Shown here: positions 9,855-18,789 of the stretch, in pieces
Layout: each line of letters starts with the position of its first letter
Position numbering within the stretch: position 1 is the first letter of the stretch
NCBI RefSeq assembly: GCF_005671395.1
Contig: NZ_CP040428.1
Location: 4,558,185-4,598,184 of the forward strand
From: Jejubacter calystegiae
Lineage (GTDB): Bacteria; Pseudomonadota; Gammaproteobacteria; Enterobacterales; Enterobacteriaceae
Reading direction: 5' to 3'
Length of the DNA: 40,000 bases
Translations under genes and position numbers: made by a program
The notes under the pieces: generated by a model
Seen by the model: the letters and a program-made list of their open reading frames with translations, nothing else
Told to the model about the DNA's origin: nothing
Database searches by the model: none

Positions 9855-11117
9855 TTAATGCCTAGTATCTTTTTTCATAATTCTTCTGGAAATTATCTGA
9901 AGCAGAGTCATATCACAGAACATTCTTGCAGTCCAAGCATAGGCAGCACCTAAAATACCAAACTGTGCAATGAGGATATACAATAGTAATAGATAAGGAG
10001 TGACTTCAGCAAGATGGAGGCATGCTGTAACTTTTGCTTTCCCAAGAGCTTGTATAGTTGCAAATGGAATCTGGGCAACAGAATTAAATAGAAATCCGAT
10101 TAACAAAACTTGAAAAATATCTGAAGATATTCCCGCATATTCTTTTCCAAGCCATATGGTTAAAATCTGTTGAGAAAAAACAATCCCTACGATGACTATA
10201 GGAATACATACGCCCAACAATAACTTATAGCCTAAATTTATTTGTCTTTGCCTATCGGAATAATTTTTAGCATAACTTAGCTTGGGGAAAATAGCTCTTG
10301 ACAATGCGCCCGGTATAATAGATAGTCTGGTAACCCCTTCTGAGGGTGCGCTATAAAACGCAACCAAATGTGCACCTTGTAAGTTAGACACAATAAAACG
10401 ATCAAAATAACTCATTAGCGGACTGATGATATTACTAACTGTAATCCAGCCACCGAATTTAACCAACCTAATGAAATTTTCTTTATAGAATCTTAAACCT
10501 ATTTTCCGCAGTAACGATAAGCTAAATAGCACATTTACAAAAAGAGCCAAAACTCTTCCTAAAAGAAGGCCACTAATTGCATAACTCAATGAGTGATTGA
10601 ATATGAAAACTAATAATGCAGGTAATCCGGCCAAGAAAGAACTACTAATCAACTTTTGAATGTTTATATTGAGAAATTTTTCCTCCCCCTCTAAAAAAGC
10701 AAGTAATACCTGATTTACAAGAAATATTGGTATAGCTAGTGATAATATCTTTAGAGATGAAACAACCGAAGATTTTAAATCAACGCTTATCTTTAAAAAT
10801 TCGGAAATAAAAGATGCACTACACGACATTACCAATGAACCAATACATCCCAAAATCATTACAACTATAAGGGCTGTACTTATTATTTTATTTTTTTCCT
10901 GCTCATTATCTCTGTAAATTGATATTTCCCGTATCACAGAGCGAGTCATACCCACATCAAATATGCTGGCATAACCAACAATCGCCATCGCTAACGTAAA
11001 GATACCAAATTGCTCACTACCTAAACTTCTGGATAAAAAACCCAATGCGGGAATCGCTATAAGAGTAGGTATTATATACCCTCCAATATTCAGCCCACTA
11101 TTCTTAATCAGACTCAT
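9855..11117 (-). CDS. wzx: O-antigen flippase Wzx (MOP/PST family)
   Basis: 420 aa, about 12 TM segments. The N-terminus ...LGFLSRSLGSEQFGIFTLAMAIVGYASIFDVGMTRSVIREIS is typical of polysaccharide-biosynthesis (PST) flippases. Its ATG overlaps the rmlC stop (ATGA). Confidence 0.85.
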   Translation of the reverse strand: MSLIKNSGLNIGGYIIPTLIAIPALGFLSRSLGSEQFGIFTLAMAIVGYASIFDVGMTRSVIREISIYRDNEQEKNKIISTALIVVMILGCIGSLVMSCSASFISEFLKISVDLKSSVVSSLKILSLAIPIFLVNQVLLAFLEGEEKFLNINIQKLISSSFLAGLPALLVFIFNHSLSYAISGLLLGRVLALFVNVLFSLSLLRKIGLRFYKENFIRLVKFGGWITVSNIISPLMSYFDRFIVSNLQGAHLVAFYSAPSEGVTRLSIIPGALSRAIFPKLSYAKNYSDRQRQINLGYKLLLGVCIPIVIVGIVFSQQILTIWLGKEYAGISSDIFQVLLIGFLFNSVAQIPFATIQALGKAKVTACLHLAEVTPYLLLLYILIAQFGILGAAYAWTARMFCDMTLLQIISRRIMKKDTRH

Positions 11118-11671
11118 TTATTAAGAAAACCTTTAATATTCGAGAATGGTGATGCAGTTTTATCTTTTTCTGAAACCATATAGCTCTCTTTACAATTTGG
11201 CCATTGTATAGCAAGCTCAGGATCCTTCCAAAAAATACTCTGCTCATGATCAGGTGAGTAATAACTATTCGTTTTATACAAAAATTCAGCGGATTGACTT
11301 AACGTCAAAAAACCATGAGCAAACCCTTCAGGAATCCATAGCTGCCGTTTATTTTCAGCTGAAAGATATACTCCCACCCATTTACCAAACGTTGGTGAAG
11401 ATTTGCGAATATCGACAGCAACATCAAAAACCTCCCCCACCACGCATCGTACCAGCTTTCCCTGGGCATAAGGCTCGAGCTGATAATGTAATCCCCGGAG
11501 CACACCTTTCGTCGACTTAGAATGATTATCCTGTACAAACTCGACTTTACGGCCTACCGCCTCTTCAAATATCTTCTGATTGAAGCTCTCCATGAAAAAG
11601 CCACGCTCATCGCCAAAAACTTTCGGCTCGAAGATAAATACGTCAGGAATTTCTGTTTTAATCACATTCAT
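11114..11671 (-). CDS. rmlC: dTDP-4-dehydrorhamnose 3,5-epimerase
   Basis: 185 aa. MNVIKTEIPDVFIFEPKVFGDERGFFMESFN...GVLRGLHYQ...KLVRCVVGEVFDVAVDIRKSSPTFGKW...IPEGFAHGF are canonical RmlC motifs. Confidence 0.96.
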   Translation of the reverse strand: MNVIKTEIPDVFIFEPKVFGDERGFFMESFNQKIFEEAVGRKVEFVQDNHSKSTKGVLRGLHYQLEPYAQGKLVRCVVGEVFDVAVDIRKSSPTFGKWVGVYLSAENKRQLWIPEGFAHGFLTLSQSAEFLYKTNSYYSPDHEQSIFWKDPELAIQWPNCKESYMVSEKDKTASPFSNIKGFLNK

Positions 11672-11673
11672 TA

Positions 11674-12552
11674 TTAAAAGCCTTTAACCATTTTTAACAG
11701 ATACTGACCATAAACATTCTTTTTCAATGGCTCGGCCAAGATTTTAACCTGATCAGCATCAATAAATCCTTTACGGTATGCAATTTCTTCCGGGCAGGAA
11801 ACTTTTAATCCTTGTCGCTCTTCAATAGTCTGAATAAAATTACTGGCTTCAATCAAACTCTGATGCGTACCAGTATCTAGCCAAGCATAACCACGCCCCA
11901 TCATGGCAACGGAAAGATTACCTTGTTCCAGATAAAGGCGGTTAATATCGGTAATTTCCAGCTCACCACGTGCTGATAGTTTCAGGCTTTTAGCCATTTC
12001 TACTACACTATTATCGTAGAAATAGAGCCCGGTAACCGCATAGTTACTCTTTGGTTGTAACGGTTTCTCTTCCAGAGAAATCGCTTTACCGTCGGCATCA
12101 AACTCAACTACGCCATAACGTTCAGGATCGTTAACATGGTAGGCAAATACCGTTGCGCCAGATTCTTGATTTACTGCCTGCTCAAGCTGCTTCGGCAAAT
12201 CGTGGCCATAGAAGATGTTGTCACCCAGCACCAGCGCACAGCTATCCTGCCCGATAAAATCCTCACCGATAATAAATGCCTGCGCCAAGCCATCAGGACT
12301 TTCCTGTACTTTGTACTGCAGGTTAATACCCCACTGGCTGCCATTACCAAGTAGTTGTTCGAATCGTGGCGTATCCTGCGGAGTACTGATGATCAAAATG
12401 TCGCGAATCCCAGCCAGCATTAGCGTACTGAGCGGATAGTAAATCATTGGTTTATCATAGATAGGCAGCAACTGCTTACTTACTGCCATAGTAACAGGAT
12501 AAAGACGAGTACCGGATCCTCCGGCAAGAATAATACCTTTACGTGTAGCCAT
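11674..12552 (-). CDS. rmlA: Glucose-1-phosphate thymidylyltransferase
   Basis: 292 aa. [60 protein letters not shown] is the canonical RmlA N-terminus. Confidence 0.97.
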   Translation of the reverse strand: MATRKGIILAGGSGTRLYPVTMAVSKQLLPIYDKPMIYYPLSTLMLAGIRDILIISTPQDTPRFEQLLGNGSQWGINLQYKVQESPDGLAQAFIIGEDFIGQDSCALVLGDNIFYGHDLPKQLEQAVNQESGATVFAYHVNDPERYGVVEFDADGKAISLEEKPLQPKSNYAVTGLYFYDNSVVEMAKSLKLSARGELEITDINRLYLEQGNLSVAMMGRGYAWLDTGTHQSLIEASNFIQTIEERQGLKVSCPEEIAYRKGFIDADQVKILAEPLKKNVYGQYLLKMVKGF

Positions 12553-12573
12553 TCTGGTTAATATCCTTAACTT

Positions 12574-13476
12574 TTAAACAATCGGCGTGACGCTAAAAAT
12601 CTCTGCCAGCATGCGTTTAACGCCCAACTGCCAGTCCGGTAACACAAGCTCAAAAGTTTCCTGGAAACTTTGCGTATTCAGCCGAGAATTATGCGGACGA
12701 CGGGCTGGCGTCGGGTAGGCGCTGGTGGGAACAGGATTTAACTTTTCAATCGCCAGTTCGATCCCAGCTGTTCTGGCTTCAGCGAACACCAGAGCCGCAT
12801 AGTCATACCAGGTTGTAGTTCCTGAGGCCACCAGATGGTATAACCCGGTGACTTCTGGTTTTACTAACGCGGTGCGGATCGCATGTGCCGTACAGTCAGC
12901 CAGCAGTTCCGCACCAGTAGGAGCGCCAAACTGATCGTTAATCACAGCGAGTTCCTTGCGCTCTTTCGCCAGTCGCAGCATCGTTTTAGCGAAATTATTC
13001 CCTTTGCCGGCATATACCCAGCTGGTGCGGAATATCAGATGATTAGAACAATACTTCTGTATAGCCGCCTCACCAGCCAGCTTCGTCTCGCCATAGACAT
13101 TTAGCGGTGAAGTTGCGTCACTCTCCAGCCATGGCTGCTCGCCATCTCCCGGGAATACATAGTCAGTGGAGTAATGAACCAGCCAGGCATTAATAGCCGC
13201 TGCTTCTTTGGCAATCGCCTCCACGCTGGTAGCATTAAGTAACTCAGCCAATCCCCGCTCGCTTTCAGCTTTATCCACCGCAGTATGGGCTGCGGCATTG
13301 ACAATCACATCAGGCTTTATTTTGCGAACCGTTTCCGCCACGCCCTCCGGTTGACTAAAATCACCACAGTAATCTTTAGAGTGAAGATCCAGCGCAATAA
13401 CGTTTCCGAGGGGAGCCAGGGCACGCTGCAACTCCCAACCCACCTGCCCGGTTTTACCAAACAGTAAGATATTCAT
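12574..13476 (-). CDS. rmlD: dTDP-4-dehydrorhamnose reductase
   Basis: 300 aa. [30 protein letters not shown]...STDYVF...YGETKLAGE (SDR YxxxK). Its ATG overlaps the rmlB stop by 1 nt (TAATG). Confidence 0.96.
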   Translation of the reverse strand: MNILLFGKTGQVGWELQRALAPLGNVIALDLHSKDYCGDFSQPEGVAETVRKIKPDVIVNAAAHTAVDKAESERGLAELLNATSVEAIAKEAAAINAWLVHYSTDYVFPGDGEQPWLESDATSPLNVYGETKLAGEAAIQKYCSNHLIFRTSWVYAGKGNNFAKTMLRLAKERKELAVINDQFGAPTGAELLADCTAHAIRTALVKPEVTGLYHLVASGTTTWYDYAALVFAEARTAGIELAIEKLNPVPTSAYPTPARRPHNSRLNTQSFQETFELVLPDWQLGVKRMLAEIFSVTPIV

Positions 13477-14558
13477 TAGCGTCCCTCGTAGTTCTGGGCA
13501 ATCCAGTTCTGGTAGGCGCCGCTTTTAATATTTTCGACCCACGGCTGATTCGTCAGGTACCACTGCACAGTCTTACGGATGCCGCTTTCAAAGGTTTCCT
13601 GCGGCTTCCAGCCCAGCGCCTTACCAATCTTATCGGCGTCAATCGCATAACGGCGATCATGACCTGGCCTGTCAGTGACATAGGTTATCTGTGCACGATA
13701 AGAGGCTTCTTTCGGTACAATCTCATCAAGTAGGTCACAAATAGTCTGGACTACCTCGATATTTTTCTTCTCGTTATGGCCGCCGATATTATAGGTCTCG
13801 CCGATCTGCCCTTTGGTAACCACGGTGTACAATGCGCAGGCATGGTCTTCTACATACAACCAGTCGCGAATCTGATCGCCTTTGCCGTAGATCGGTAACG
13901 GTTTGCCATCCAGCGCATTAAGAATCACCAGCGGAATCAGCTTCTCCGGAAAGTGGTATGGGCCATAGTTGTTCGAGCAGTTAGTGACAATAGTCGGCAG
14001 CCCGTAGGTGCGCAGCCACGCCCGAACCAGATGATCGCTGGATGCTTTAGATGCTGAATAGGGGCTGCTGGGCGCATAAGCGGTCGTTTCGGTAAACAGC
14101 GGCAGCGCATCCTCCCCTTGCCACTCATCCGGATGCGGAAGGTCGCCATACACTTCATCGGTGGAAATATGATGGAAACGGAAGACAGCTTTGCGCTCCT
14201 CGTCCAGCGATGACCAGTAAGCCCGGGCGGCCTCCAGAAGGGTGTAGGTCCCAACGATATTGGTTTCAATAAAATCAGCCGGACCAGAGATCGATCGATC
14301 GACATGACTCTCGGCGGCCAGATGCATTACGGCATCTGGCTGATGCAGTATGAAGATACGGTCCATTGCGGCTTTATCGCAGATGTCAGCATGTTCAAAC
14401 ACATAGCGGTCGCTATCGCTCACATCAACCAAAGATTCCAGGTTACCTGCGTAGGTCAGTTTATCAACGTTAATCACTTCATCCTGGGTGTCTTTGATAA
14501 TATGCCGGACGACAGCAGATCCAATAAAGCCTGCACCACCGGTGACAAGAATCTTCAC
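13476..14558 (-). CDS. rmlB: dTDP-glucose 4,6-dehydratase
   Basis: 360 aa with a GTG start (GTGAAGATTCTTGTC) as in E. coli rfb[22 protein letters not shown]...[15 protein letters not shown]. It is the first gene downstream of the JUMPstart. Confidence 0.97.
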   Translation of the reverse strand: MKILVTGGAGFIGSAVVRHIIKDTQDEVINVDKLTYAGNLESLVDVSDSDRYVFEHADICDKAAMDRIFILHQPDAVMHLAAESHVDRSISGPADFIETNIVGTYTLLEAARAYWSSLDEERKAVFRFHHISTDEVYGDLPHPDEWQGEDALPLFTETTAYAPSSPYSASKASSDHLVRAWLRTYGLPTIVTNCSNNYGPYHFPEKLIPLVILNALDGKPLPIYGKGDQIRDWLYVEDHACALYTVVTKGQIGETYNIGGHNEKKNIEVVQTICDLLDEIVPKEASYRAQITYVTDRPGHDRRYAIDADKIGKALGWKPQETFESGIRKTVQWYLTNQPWVENIKSGAYQNWIAQNYEGR

Positions 14559-14680
14559 AATTATTCTCTCTTGACTCAGAACGTATTAAATAATGGGAAT
14601 ATATAAAACAGTGAGGTAATTATCCGTAGAATAACAGTCACTGCGAAATATCATTTAATGTGTTATTTTTACAAAAATAA

Positions 14681-14719
14681 CACGCTACCGCCCCTGGCTC
14701 CACAGCTACCAGTACACTG
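14681..14719 (-). promoter_or_regulatory. 39-bp JUMPstart element containing the ops site (RfaH-dependent antitermination signal) for the O-antigen operon
   Basis: The - strand reads CAGTGTACTGGTAGCTGTGGAGCCAGGGGCGGTAGCGTG. It contains ops GGCGGTAG (14692-14685) and the upstream GGTAGC direct repeat, matching the JUMPstart consensus almost base for base. It lies about 125 nt upstream of the rmlB GTG. Confidence 0.93.
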
Positions 14720-14904
14720 ACGGCACATACCTGCCGTGGCATTGTGCAAAACGGCAGCAATGCTCTCTGATTTTCAGCAGTTCACCAGTAGCACATAACC
14801 CACCAGGCAAACTGCGATAAAACTCTCTGATCAACACATCCTGTCAGCGAAAACGGCTCAGGTCCAGAATGTTTTGATCAGAAAATTTTCTTATTTTACA
14901 AAGT

Positions 14905-14953
14905 AAAAACGGCAGTCCGGGCCGGTGGTTAACCAGCGCCTGAGACTGCCGTT
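14905..14953 (-). terminator. Candidate rho-independent terminator downstream of galF
   Basis: The - strand reads AACGGCAGTC-(26-nt loop with an internal GGTTAACC palindrome)-GACTGCCGTT followed by tttac. The stem is 14908-14917 / 14944-14953. It lies 34 nt after the galF stop. The large loop and short U-tract lower confidence. Confidence 0.45.
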
Positions 14954-14987
14954 ATTGGGCCATCACTGCCACCGCACGCGGTAACGA

Positions 14988-15884
14988 TTATTCGGCCAGT
15001 AACTTCTCAATGCCTTCACGGAACTTCCGGCCTTCTTTATTGTTGCGCAGCCCATACTGCACAAACGCCTGCATGTAGCCCATCTTCTTACCGCAGTCGT
15101 AGCTGTCGCCCGTCATCAGCATCGCCTCTACCGGCTGCTTTTTATTCAGCGCGGCGATGGCGTCGGTCAATTGGATACGGCCCCAGGCGCCCGCTTCGGT
15201 GCGCTCCAGTTCGGCCCAGATATCGGCGGAAAGCACGTAACGGCCAACGGCCATCAGGTCAGAGTTCAGGGTCTGGGGCTCGTCGGGTTTTTCGATAAAC
15301 TCGACGATGCGGCTGAGATCGGCTTCATTTTCCAGCGGCTGAACGGTTGTGATCACCGAATATTGCGCCAAATCGCCATTCGACATCCGTTTAGCCAGGA
15401 CCTGGCTACGGCCATACTCCTGAAAGCGGGCCACCATGGCGGCCAGGTTGTAGCGCAGCGGATCGGCGCTGGCGTCGTCCAGCACGATATCCGGCAGCAC
15501 CACCACAAAGGGGTTATCGCCCACGGCCGGGCGGGCGCAAAGAATGGAGTGGCCCAGCCCCAGCGGCTCTGCCTGGCGTACGTTCATAATGGTGACGCCC
15601 GGCGGACAGATGTTCTGCACCTCAGCCAACAGCTGGCGCTTAACACGCTGTTCCAGCAGCGACTCCAGCTCATAGGAGGTATCGAAGTGATTTTCGACCG
15701 CGTTCTTGGAAGAGTGGGTAACCAGAACGATATCTTTGATACCGGCAGCGACAATCTCATCGACAATGTACTGAATCATGGGCTTATCCACGATAGGCAG
15801 CATCTCTTTTGGAATCGCCTTGGTCGCGGGTAGCATATGCATCCCCAGTCCAGCTACCGGAATGACCGCTTTCAAATTACTCAT
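14988..15884 (-). CDS. galF: UTP--glucose-1-phosphate uridylyltransferase subunit GalF
   Basis: 298 aa. [50 protein letters not shown]... is colinear with E. coli GalF. It forms the canonical 5' flank of O-antigen loci. Confidence 0.96.
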   Translation of the reverse strand: MSNLKAVIPVAGLGMHMLPATKAIPKEMLPIVDKPMIQYIVDEIVAAGIKDIVLVTHSSKNAVENHFDTSYELESLLEQRVKRQLLAEVQNICPPGVTIMNVRQAEPLGLGHSILCARPAVGDNPFVVVLPDIVLDDASADPLRYNLAAMVARFQEYGRSQVLAKRMSNGDLAQYSVITTVQPLENEADLSRIVEFIEKPDEPQTLNSDLMAVGRYVLSADIWAELERTEAGAWGRIQLTDAIAALNKKQPVEAMLMTGDSYDCGKKMGYMQAFVQYGLRNNKEGRKFREGIEKLLAE

Positions 15885-16063
15885 GTTTCAGTCCCACCTC
15901 TATAATGGTTGGTGAATTATAACCTCTTATCGCGGCTAAGCCAGCACTAGTTCTTCGTAACCAGCAGCACACAAAGGATTCCTTGATCATCTCACCACCT
16001 TAAAACGACGCGGATCACAATTTGCTAAGATATTTCGGAAAAAACTATCAATCGCCGATAAAA

Positions 16064-16105
16064 AAACGCCGCCTGGCTGAATATGATTCAATTTATCCAG
16101 CCAGG
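16064..16105 (-). terminator. Weak candidate terminator downstream of gne
   Basis: The - strand reads CCTGGCTG-(18 nt)-CAGCCAGG-cggcg-ttttttt. The 8-bp stem is 16072-16079 / 16098-16105. The U-tract is displaced 5 nt from the stem, so this is doubtful. Confidence 0.3.
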
Positions 16106-16120
16106 ATGATTCTCACGTAA

Positions 16121-17116
16121 TTATTCCGAGACGAAAGTAATATCGTCCTTCTTCGCATCAACGAATTCGTACTGCAGTGTACGATCCAGGCCTTCAGACA
16201 GACTGTAAGGCGCCTTAAAGCCTGAGCTGTGGGCCCTGGTAGCATCATACTGCGTCGTTGCACAGAACTTCTTCACGCGCACCGAGCTAATTGCATACTT
16301 TTTACCCGTAATTTTACTTAGCACATCAAAACAGTACCCACCCAGCATTCCAAGTGCATAAGGCAGATGTACCGAGGGTATTTTCTTATCCAGGCTTTTC
16401 TCTACCTCAGAGACCAGCTGGTTCATATTCAAATCAGGTTTATCAATATAGTTGTATACCTGATAGCCCTTTTCTGGATTAACCAACCGGAACTTTATAA
16501 ATTCAATAATATTGCCAACATAGGCCATCGACTTATAGTTGTTCCCTGCGCCTACCATGGCAAACTTGCCACCAGCTATCTGCTTAAGCAGGTTATACAC
16601 ATTGCCGCGATTACGCTCACCAAAGATAACCGTTGGGCGAATAATGGTCAGCGAACGTTCTTCCGGTCCCTGCTGATGCCACTCACGCAGCACCTCTTCG
16701 GCCTGCCATTTACTCTTGCCATAGTGGTTAAAGGGGTCGATTGGGTGATTTTCATCGGGATTTTTCTTGTTCAGCCCGTACACGGCAACAGAGCTGGTAA
16801 AGACAATGTTTTTCACGCCGTTTTTGTCCATTGCCTGTAAAACGTTCCTTGTCCCCTGTACGTTAACGTCATAGTAAAGCGACGTGGGGCTGACATCATC
16901 CCGGTGCTCAGCGGCCAGCAACACGACCATGGTTTTACCCGCCAGTGCCGCATCCAGAGCAGCCTGATCGCGTACATCACCGATCGTTGTCAGTTCGGGA
17001 TAAAAATGACTCTGCTGTTTGTCAAAGTTACAGATACTGAAATCCGATTTCGCTGTTTCGATCAGACGCGTACCCACGAAACCAGACGCCCCAATAAAAA
17101 TCACCTGCTCATTCAT
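16121..17116 (-). CDS. gne: NAD-dependent 4-epimerase of the E. coli O157 Z3206 family (Gne/Gnu; UDP-GlcNAc or Und-PP-GlcNAc 4-epimerase giving GalNAc)
   Basis: 331 aa. MNEQVIFIGASGFVGTRLIETAKSDFSICNFDKQQSHFYPELTTIGDVRDQAALD...YGKSKWQAEEVLREW...DDITFVSE. It has an SDR fold (GxxGxxG, YxxxK). Length, both termini and the location between wcaM and galF all match the Z3206-type epimerase as recalled. Confidence 0.85.
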   Translation of the reverse strand: MNEQVIFIGASGFVGTRLIETAKSDFSICNFDKQQSHFYPELTTIGDVRDQAALDAALAGKTMVVLLAAEHRDDVSPTSLYYDVNVQGTRNVLQAMDKNGVKNIVFTSSVAVYGLNKKNPDENHPIDPFNHYGKSKWQAEEVLREWHQQGPEERSLTIIRPTVIFGERNRGNVYNLLKQIAGGKFAMVGAGNNYKSMAYVGNIIEFIKFRLVNPEKGYQVYNYIDKPDLNMNQLVSEVEKSLDKKIPSVHLPYALGMLGGYCFDVLSKITGKKYAISSVRVKKFCATTQYDATRAHSSGFKAPYSLSEGLDRTLQYEFVDAKKDDITFVSE

Positions 17117-17321
17117 AACGTACTCGCCCGTCGTATCTATCCTGAAAAAGTATAAAAAACAATAAAGTATCAGCCACCCACTCAGTTTCAGGTAACCTTT
17201 TCACCTTATCATACTCATGGCGCCGATTATAAACGTTTACTCACAGAGGGCCAGTGTAAACCTGTACCCTCAGTGATTTTGATAATTTCGATCTGTAGAA
17301 AGCGTGGTAATTTTCGTCAAA

Positions 17322-18764
17322 TTACTTCTTCGCCACCTGCGGTACCACGAAATTCAGTTTACCGGTGTTAACCTTTTGATGGTCGATATGGTCAATGTCT
17401 ACCGAGCTCTGGCCATCTTCGTTTACCGCGTCTATATTAGCCATCGACAGTAGCGTATCTTTTTTAGCCATAAACTGGCCGCGCACGTCTTTACGCAGGT
17501 CGAAATTCAGCTCCAGCGCCGGTCCATCCTCTTTGGGTTGGACGATACTAATATTGCGCATAAACAGGTGCTGGGGCTTGTTATGCACCCGTAGCGATGC
17601 GTGTTTCAGGTTGATATTGGTCAGGGAGACAAAAGAGACCGGGTTACCGCAGGAGATATCCATACCGCGCAGCTTCCACGGCAGGTCGCGTTTGCTGTTA
17701 TCCATGGTGATATCGTTAATACGGAAGTTCTGCGGGATGGCGACATACTTACCGCGTTTGGTGCCGTAGCCAATCAGCACCCCGGCGCTGTTGACCATAT
17801 CCACGTTATCAACGGTGAAGTTATCGCAGGCGTAGAGCGCCACGGTGGCGTTGTCGAGCCCCGCCTTGCGGCTGAAGGCCGGTGTGATGTTTTCGGCCTT
17901 GATATTACGGATGGTGAAATGCTTGCCGCATTCCACATGCACCAGCTGGCGGCAGTTGCGACCGCGAATATTGGCCACCACAAAGTTCTTTACGCTGGTC
18001 TCTTCCGGGTAGCGGTTGTCGTAGGTTTTACCCGCCAGACCGATACCGATGCCCCAGTGAATTTTGCCGTTAGTACAGTTGATATCTTCGATCACATGGT
18101 CAGAGATGCGGATATTGCTGTCGTGGGGCGCCACGTTCCACTCTATGGCATCCCCCTGCAGCCGCTTGAACAGGCAGTTGGTGATACGCACGCCGTGCAG
18201 CTGGTTACGCGCCCCCTGGCGCAGGATGGCATAGTTGGCGTTATGGACGTGAAGTTTATCGATCGTCAGATTTTCTATCATCGGCGCCTGCTTATGCTTG
18301 CCGCCAATGTAGATCTGCGCCACCGGCCCGTGGCCGCTCATATCCAGATTGCGAATTTCGCAGTTCGAGCCGCGCACATCCAGGCAGAGATTGTGCATCC
18401 GCCCCTTCCCTTCGCCAACAATCTTACAGTCGTCCCGCAATATAAAGCGCCCGCGGCCATTGCCTTTTATGGCACCGGCAATCTTCAGGGTTTTGCCTTC
18501 CGGCATAAAGATGCGCGCATTCACCTTTTTGCAGTTGACGTTTGCCGGAACCACCACCACATCACTTTCCCGGAAGGCTTGTTTAAAGGCGGCTGGCCAG
18601 TCGCCCTGATAGTAATCATTGACGTTGACTTCGGCGTTACGCCCCACGGCTCGCGCTACCGGGGAGTTGAACAGCGGCGCTGCCGCCAGTACCGAACCGG
18701 TCAGCAGCAGCTTACGGCGGGTAAGGGAAAAACGGGGATTTTCCTGATCGGGTTTAGGGTGCAT
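17322..18764 (-). CDS. wcaM: Colanic acid biosynthesis protein WcaM (Tat-signal, beta-helix-like, function unknown)
   Basis: 480 aa with a twin-arginine leader ([26 protein letters not shown]). It is colinear with E. coli WcaM (..[36 protein letters not shown]..) and is the last gene of the wca cluster. Confidence 0.9.
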   Translation of the reverse strand: MHPKPDQENPRFSLTRRKLLLTGSVLAAAPLFNSPVARAVGRNAEVNVNDYYQGDWPAAFKQAFRESDVVVVPANVNCKKVNARIFMPEGKTLKIAGAIKGNGRGRFILRDDCKIVGEGKGRMHNLCLDVRGSNCEIRNLDMSGHGPVAQIYIGGKHKQAPMIENLTIDKLHVHNANYAILRQGARNQLHGVRITNCLFKRLQGDAIEWNVAPHDSNIRISDHVIEDINCTNGKIHWGIGIGLAGKTYDNRYPEETSVKNFVVANIRGRNCRQLVHVECGKHFTIRNIKAENITPAFSRKAGLDNATVALYACDNFTVDNVDMVNSAGVLIGYGTKRGKYVAIPQNFRINDITMDNSKRDLPWKLRGMDISCGNPVSFVSLTNINLKHASLRVHNKPQHLFMRNISIVQPKEDGPALELNFDLRKDVRGQFMAKKDTLLSMANIDAVNEDGQSSVDIDHIDHQKVNTGKLNFVVPQVAKK

Positions 18765-18789
18765 AGAACCTCATAACATCGGCGTGGGT

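Noticed and set aside
14741-14767. The CTGCCGT...ACGGCAG hairpin just upstream of the JUMPstart, with the recurring AACGGCAG/CTGCCGTT words shared with the galF terminator candidate.
   Set aside because: The stem is only 7 bp with a 13-nt loop. The repeated word is short enough to be coincidental. I kept it as a note only, because JUMPstart leaders are known to be structured in general.
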